From: Catajapyx aquilonaris
Taxonomy: Eukaryota
Reading direction: 5' to 3'
Assembly (NCBI GenBank): GCA_000934665.2
Contig: JYFJ02003430.1
Coordinates: 1-41,794, forward strand
DNA length: 41,794 nt
The translations under genes and the position numbers were made by a program. The notes under the pieces are model-generated. The model saw nothing but the letters and a program-made list of their open reading frames with translations. It searched no databases and was not told the DNA's origin. Positions 34,336-41,794 of the stretch are shown in pieces (position 1 is the first letter of the stretch; each line of letters starts with the position of its first letter).

Positions 34336-35811
34336 CGCAACGTGCAATTATAGAAACTCACTTCGTCCAGACAGGTGCGTCGCACTCTCAGGCTGAGCCG
34401 ATGTTTCCATTCTTTTTTGGAGTCGCTGTTACTGCGCTGCATGATGCCCGGCTGGTTTATTTAAACTTATGGGGGCGCTACGCAGCTCATCGGCTAACTC
34501 CTCTGGGGCGCCTGAAACGACAGAAACAAACATCCGGTTCATTTAAATCGCAGAGCTCTGTGTGAATGCCTCCAGACCACATCTTTTGTTGCAACGAATA
34601 AAAAGGCTTCAGACTAATGAAGCTAGCTCGCACATTTGTTTCGTCTCTTTTGGTCCGGTGCTACCGCGAGCCACACCTTTTCAAGCACAAAGGCACATTA
34701 TAAGTGTCCACTACAGTTTGAATTAACCAAAAAAAGACGCCCAGCTTTAACTAGTTTATACGCAAGTTGGAACATCAAATCGGTGGAATGACACATTTTA
34801 GCTGCTCCGTAGCGAAAAAGCTATCAACCAAAAGCCATTACTCCTATCCATTCTACTGCCCAATCCTCTTAAGAAGTTGCCAAGGATGAAAAATCTTGCC
34901 TCCTATCGCCAAATTCAAACAAGGCTTTAAAAGCTCGTCCGCAACACTTTCCCCCCCAAGTTTATCCGGCGGTTTCATCTTAGGAAAATAGCCCATTTGT
35001 ATCTAATGTCACCTGGGGAAACCCCCCCTCAGAAAATCTGTTTCCATATTAGAAAACCTTGGCATTATCTTAATGAATAACAAGAGAACAGGTACATTAC
35101 AGTGTTAGTCTAGATTGAAAAAATAATCCTTCAAACCTTGAAGGAATCGACATGGGAATTAGTAAATGTAGGTTAGTCGCTGCCTTGATTAAAATGGATA
35201 AGGATGAGGGAAGTTTTGCAAAAAAAAACTGTCGTTTGCGGGTTTGGAGGAAGTGCAATATGGCTCCTTGGTTCGGTGTGAATGCTTCCGTTATTTGGTG
35301 CGTGATGTGGATGCGAATTTTTTTCCTCCATGCTTGGTCTGCTGGCTTGGCTCCGACTGCTTGGACCTCTTTTTGTAGTCTACATGCAGCCTGCTCGACA
35401 TGGTAATCGTCTCCAACTCGAGAAAAATATTTTATTCAGTAGAGTGCAGCCAAATTGGCGCTCTTATTTCAAGCCGTCTTGACATCGGTCCAGACGCACA
35501 ACAGCTGCATGATCTGGTTTATGCGTCAAATAACCTGTATACTATAGCAAAATTAGCAACATCAATATTGCACAGTGGTATAAAAATTTTGACCAATTCA
35601 GAGGAAGGTATAATATAAATAATTAGTGCACAATATTCAGTGTGGCAAGTATTCGACTTTCAACCTGCTCTTATGTGGCATCTCATTACCTAGCCATTAG
35701 ACATGCATAAATAATTAAACACTAATGAGGTATACTGTAGGGTAATAACATGCTCTCCTGATCTGCTAGCATATTAATCTTCCGGCCCTTTCCAACCTCC
35801 CAACACGCTCC

Positions 35812-35852
35812 GTGACGTCACCTAGGGATGACCTCGACCCTTAGGTCATCCC
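35812..35852. promoter_or_regulatory. Candidate enhancer: full CRE palindrome next to an everted AGGTCA repeat
   Basis: GTGACGTCAC (35812-35821) followed by GGGATGACCT-n8-AGGTCATCCC (35825-35852); motif match only, no functional data. Confidence 0.35.
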
Positions 35853-38800
35853 CCAGCTCTCAATGCAGGATAACTCGCGTGTCCGAGGAAAAGCCAATCA
35901 TTCGACGGCGTAATCAACGTAGTCTCCTTGGGAAATATATGTCAGGTCAGGAAAAGAAGAGTTGCTTGCAGGGACAGCTCAGGTCTAATCAATATGGGCA
36001 TTCAGGCGAAGACTCTTCAACATCTTCACCCTTTGCGACACCCTCAACCACCAGACCTCTAATTAGCTTTCTATTAGGCCACGAAGAGCTTATAGGACAC
36101 ACCCAGTAATTTGTACTATTTAAAAAAACTAGTTCAAAATCGGGATCATTGGATTAGGATCCAGCAGCACCTCGTGTCCTGAGACAAAGTATAGTTGAAT
36201 GAAAGTTTAATCAAGCGCGATCAATTTTTGGGGGTTATATTGACCCATTTTAGAGTAAGATTATGGCGGAAGTTGCAGTGTTAATATTGAATGAACGGAG
36301 CGCCCTGATTTATATAGCAGGTTACAAAATTTTGCACTCACCGTACATTGAGGCAGGATTTACACTGCACCATTATAAACGCATTGTCAGGAGAGAGAGA
36401 GATGAAATGATGAATTAATAAATCATAATGAGAGCGATCTAGTGCTTACCGATGTTCATAAGTGTAGGCCCACATTCGCCTGCTAACTACAGTAGTTAAC
36501 AATGCACAATATTTGGTAACTATTCTTACTGCCAAATTCAGAAGTGCAAAAAATTGTAAATCACTCAAATAATATTGCAACCAGCAGTTTTGTAAAAAAT
36601 AAATTCATGTCATGATGTGGCCAAATCCTTCTTTGTATACTGCGAATAATTTCTGTACCGCAGACCTGATACGTAAGCCGGAAATAAGCAAACAAGTCCC
36701 GAAAGAAAACTGAAAGTCTAATAGGCTTACAATCATAGTCTCTTCTATTAGGCTTGTTGTGATAGGATTACAACCTAGAATCGGGCGAAACTCAGATCCG
36801 TGATGAGCCTGGAGTATGAGATTGTTCAACCAGGATCTCGCATTGTGCTGTTTCTGCAACAACAATACCAAAACCTGAGCCAATTCATCTAGTTACAAAG
36901 TGTTGCTTTAGAAAATTAGTCAGTCGCGGTGTACTGTACATCCGGAGAAGTTGTGCGTCTCTAAAAAGGATAAAAGGAGCAGAATTGATCCCCTCGGCGA
37001 CTTAAGCGTCTCAGGTGGTGTTTCTATCTCTTTCAGACCCAGAGGCAATAATCAATGATGATAAAATGTCAACTTCCATGCTCTTAAGGGCCTACTGCTA
37101 ATTTGGTTTCTCACTCATTTCCCGACCCAAGACAGCTCCAGAATTCGCAAATTCTCGCCGCTCTCCCGCTTCCTCAACCACACACTTTTGAATAAAGGAC
37201 CACTCTGTAAAAAAAAATCCGGATTACTACGAACTACTGAAATGCATCTTTACAACTTTCCACAGCATAATAGCGTGTTTACTGCATTCTCGCTGGGGAC
37301 AAGTGGGGCTTAATTAGACCCAGCTTGTAATTACGCATTCTATGCATGGTGTTACATTATGACCTTCAGTGTGTACTTCTGGAAATGTCAATTTGATGTA
37401 GATTTTTTTGGGGTAAGAATGAAATACTCAGTAGATTCGCTCCCGCCATTTCAATTTGCATACCTAATACGTCGGCCTCATCTTTTCTAAAGATAGCAAA
37501 AAAAAATCTGGTGCTATTTTTGGTCGAATCTGCACTGAGATTGGGCAACGAAAGGGTGCCGATAGGGGTAGGTTCATTTCCTCTCCAGCCCCTGGTTGTT
37601 TGTTATCCTCCCGCCAGTTGATTGCAATTAGAAGTGATTTCAAGACCACCCCTAGGAACAATAGGGGCCAGGACACGAGATAGACTTTGGTGCTCTCACC
37701 TGCCACTAATTAACCCTCGGACAATAACATCCACACCCGGCTGCACCCAAACCGAAATTTCACTCTTACCCTGAATGCACATCAAGCCAGATGGAAGAAT
37801 TTCTAAGAAGTGGCGTGACCGTACCCGTAAGTATGTCACGCAATTTGTACCCAGACATATGCCCTCGATTCTGGTTGATATTATTGGGCTTATCCTAAGC
37901 CAGTAGGTAACCTACATGGCTTTACTGTTCAACGGGTGGGGCGGATATCAGGGACAAAATTTCGGCTTGAAAATTTATTGAAAAAATTTTAAATCAGCAA
38001 CGGCAGAATTTTCACAACCTATGGAATAAATATTGAATAACGGTTTCATTTTTTCTAATATTATGAGTGACAACTGATACTAAATTCAATTATTGAAGAG
38101 ATCCTTTGATGAACCTACAGTATATATTGAATAGATTGCGAAGCGTCTAAGGGTATAAGACCTCGCAATACCATAATTGCAATTTTCCTGGAATTGTCGA
38201 GATTTCCGATGAGAAACTGAAACACAAGTCGGCCTAAGCAAAATAGGGAGGGAATGAGTGGGTGTAGAGAGTATAAAGAACAAATTACGGGACCGGGTAA
38301 TCAGGGTATTAAGGTGCTGGCAAAGAGCATGGGAGGGAAGGATGGAAAGGCAGCATCCAAGGCCCAGCTTCCTAATTAGAAAATCCATCTCCCGAGTAAT
38401 TTGCTACTTGAGACGCGCCCGGGGATTTTGGGCGATTCGCGACCTGAGGCCTTTTCCCGGTTCCATCCTGAGCAAGCCCCCACACCACCCCATTTTCTCC
38501 TCTTCATAACCGAAGGATTTATAGACTCGGAAGGAAATTCATCCATAATTCAGTTGGATTCGACTGTAATTATTTTCCTCTCTGAAATGAACTTCACTAT
38601 ATAAAAGCGGATGCATTGCTCTGTTTCATCTTCCGAAAATGTACAGACATTGTCATAAATCCGCACGCCACTGGCATATCACGTAATGAAAATGTCAGCT
38701 GAAAGTAAGTGGTTCCTAATTTTTTTTGATAAAAAAAGGCAGCCATTTCGTGCCACAAAAGAACTCGTTAGTGGCCATGGCAAGGATTGACTGAAATGAA

Positions 38801-39813
38801 TAAAACTTTGAAGGTGAAGTAGTCGCATAGAAAGCCTTGCCCTGGCTATATGAATAGTGCATGTAAGTGGAAGGGATTCATTTCACAATCATAGCACTTA
38901 CCTGCAAATGGAGTGCTTCAGGTTTTGTTCAAATCAACAACGGATTTCCTTTCCTCTCGCTGTTTACATGCCAGGAAAAAGAAGCGTCTCTTTGTGTGAA
39001 CCAGACCGATTTCAAAAGCCCTGTTTTATCAAAGCAGGTGAGTGCACCTTAATGCCCCTTTGTTCTTACCATGTTGACTTTCAAGGCGCACCTTCGGCAA
39101 CAATGAGCCACATTCAGATTCTTGGGATGCGGGTTCAACAGGTTGTCTTTCGCGAAAAAAAAGGAGGCCCTGAGTGCTGCTTATCGACGAATCAGTAAAA
39201 CAAACCCGGTTCTGTATATTCCACGGCAGCAATGGCGGGAGTTTTAATTAGAACCGGAGTAGATTCGGACGTGGAACCTCCGGGGCTAGATAAATACTGT
39301 TGTATTTGCGGTCTTGCAAATGTGAAATGAAGGGCAAAAAGCAAATAACGCATTGGCGTAAACGGTATCGACGATCATTCGAAAAGGGGACAGAACAATG
39401 CCTATTCCGAAATTTCTGCTCAACTTTAATTGAAGTTCAAGGGCATGGGGACTGTAATGAAAAAAAAAGAGTTTGCTCCCGAAATAAACAAACTTATCCG
39501 ACAATTTCCACCCATGATCGTAAAACACCACTTCTGAAAGCCAGATTTTCCTCTCAAGGGCAGGATTTTCGGAAACTCTCAGGAAGTTTCCAGAGGCTGT
39601 TTGATGGAGCCGGCAATCAACGGGCGCGACTTATTTGTCCGCCCTAAGCAACTTTCCTCACGCTCCTTGCAATTGACGAGCCCCACAAGAAAACATCAAA
39701 GTTTCGACGGAAACCTCTGGAATGAATATTTTTCCAACCGTCTCTAATTGAACGGAAAGTTTTGCTGCCCAATTCAGATATCGCTATATAAAGGAAAGGT
39801 GTCAGAAACTTAC

Positions 39814-39855
39814 CTTTAACCCAGCGAATTCAGCAGCTCTCGTGCTTCTCTCCAT
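39814..39855 (-). CDS. Candidate distal first coding exon of the cyclase (MERSTRAAEFAGLK)
   Basis: GGCATGG Kozak context, 14 open codons, consensus donor AAG|GTAAGT, phase 0, in frame with the acceptor at 19231. Confidence 0.35.
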
Positions 39856-41794
39856 GCCGGAGAAACTAGTGGAAATAAGCCGACCAACCGGGGAGCCGCA
39901 TGTGAATTGATTCGGCGCATCAGCTACCGGCTGGCTATATGGAGGGGGCTATATCTGCACGATGTGTACTATCCCACACCTGGTTTTTAGTAGTGGTCAC
40001 CTCGTTTTTTAGGCACGTTTTTAGGCACCGAAGTAGGGCGACTCGATATATGCATTCCCATAGTCCAGTCGACCCCCCTTTTTTTGGGTAGAGAATCGCA
40101 GAGCGGGATCTGACACGTTCAGATTTTTATCTGAGTTTTAAAAATGAAGCGGGGTAATCTGGCGATTAAAACGGGGTTGAAAATGTGCTAGCGACTGTAG
40201 CAGATTGGAGTGTTAATGTTACACTATGATTTGAATTGCCAGTGGAGTGCTGAAAATTGTAGATTGTCTAAAAAAAAAATCGCATCCAACGATTATGAAT
40301 TTCATAGTATGTCAGGCAAAGTTGCATAGTGTAAAATGTGATGAGTTGGATTTGGGTTACACGCTAATTGCCTGATCCATTACGTCGCAGCTTTTTTCGA
40401 GATCTTTCGCTACATTAAACTCCAAAAAAACTATTGATCACAAATAATTGTCCCACGATAATTACAATCCCTGTCATTCGTTGCGCATTGGTTTTATCTC
40501 TTATCCTTAATACAACAGTTTATCATCCAAGAGATCATTAATATCCTGCCTTCACTTCCGCATGTCACTCTCCACGTGCTCTAATATGCTCCATCACGTG
40601 TCCATTTTTGCGAAATTGCAAATTATGTCGTCTGTCCTATAGATACAACTCAACAGATCGGACTATTCAGAGAGAACACCGGAGCAATTAAGCCTCCATG
40701 GGAGAATATTCATGAGCGGATGCAAAGGACAAACATTATCAAGTGATGAAGTGGGTTACGTTTCTGCCCTTGCAGAAGGGTTACAGACGATCGATTGGCG
40801 GTGATGTGCTGAGGGGAAAAGGAGGCCGTCCGAGTCAAATTCGCGGATGGGTCGAAATGGGTCGCAAGTTAGGTTACCTGGTGTCGTTGGCATAGTACAA
40901 TCAGGTTGGGAGGCCAAGGGTATGGCCCTTTTGTTCAAGAAACCAACACCTGAATTTTTCTTCTGCGGTTAGGCGTTTGTGACATGCGTTTAAACCTTTT
41001 TAGTTCCTCCAGTTTACCTGCCTGGCTAAACAAGCTTGAGAGCGAGGAAATCGCATTACCTGCGGTTTCAACCCATCCGCTTACATTTGCCTGGTCTGTT
41101 CCAGGCTCCATTCCCTTTGACCATCCTAGTTTTTAAAGCAACATCCATCAGCTTCACAATATGTAGTGCCAAATTTTCAAAATGTAGTCGCAGCATAATC
41201 GCGGTTGCTGATGGTGAAGTAATCCTCAGCGAGGTTTGAATCTGAGAGCAGACTCTATAATTCATTGCATTCCAAAATGCGGAAGAAAATCCGGCGATAT
41301 TTGGGATTTCGCAACAGACGAAGGCGCTCATCTGTATATGTAGAGTGCAAACGGGCGTCTCCTCTTTTGTTGAAAATTTAATAATGGAGCTTGGGGATTA
41401 AAATCGTGCGGATACATATGGTTGGCAACAACGTGTGGCAATATCGTGTTATCGGGATGGCCTGGAGTCGGTGTTGCAGCTGCAAAAGTTATGGAAATGC
41501 AATTAGGCGTCAATTACATCGACTCTAAGTGAGAAACGAGTGATATTCAGTTTTGGAGAGCCAGATTTTCAAAACGGATTTTAGGGAAAAGACTGCCGGG
41601 CGAACCGCACTTTATTACCAACATGGAAGGGGAAAACTAGTAATGAAAATACCTGATGAAAAGCTGGGTAATTAATTACCCGAACCCCCTCCTGGTTTAA
41701 CGCCAGAGCGTATTTTTTAGGGCGATCGGATTAAGCCAATCAAGCACTCGGATTCGAAGCTGGAAAAGACCAGAGCAAAGTAACATATTTTTTT

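Noticed and set aside
39253..39288. CCGGAG...CTCCGG stem followed by CTAG, Helitron-like 3' end
   Set aside because: The stem is only 6 bp with an 18-nt loop and the spacing is wrong; no matching 5' end was found.

Overview
This is animal (probably arthropod) nuclear DNA, not prokaryotic, so most of the six-frame ORF track is spurious or catches only exon fragments. The main content is one intron-rich gene on the minus strand encoding a transmembrane class III adenylyl cyclase of the AC5/AC6 (ADCY5/6) subfamily. I traced 20 coding exons by hand from an ATG at 19210 to a TGA at 388-386. All introns are GT-AG and all phases are compatible, giving 3483 nt (1160 aa plus stop) with intact C1a and C2a catalytic motifs. 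The remaining ~22 kb (19.3-41.8 kb) has no convincing protein gene and looks like 5' introns or regulatory DNA. It holds two candidate alternative first coding exons that splice in frame, a candidate non-coding or poison exon, a CRE/nuclear-receptor motif cluster, two TIR elements with GAAG...CTTC ends, a tRNA-derived SINE with a perfect 16-bp TSD nested in one of them, and a small array of GAGT...ACTC palindromes. Introns of the gene carry a TA-flanked MITE and a perfect 33-bp hairpin. I found no CRISPR array, operon or clearly novel multi-gene system. The best leads are the alternative N-termini, the hairpin and the nested elements.
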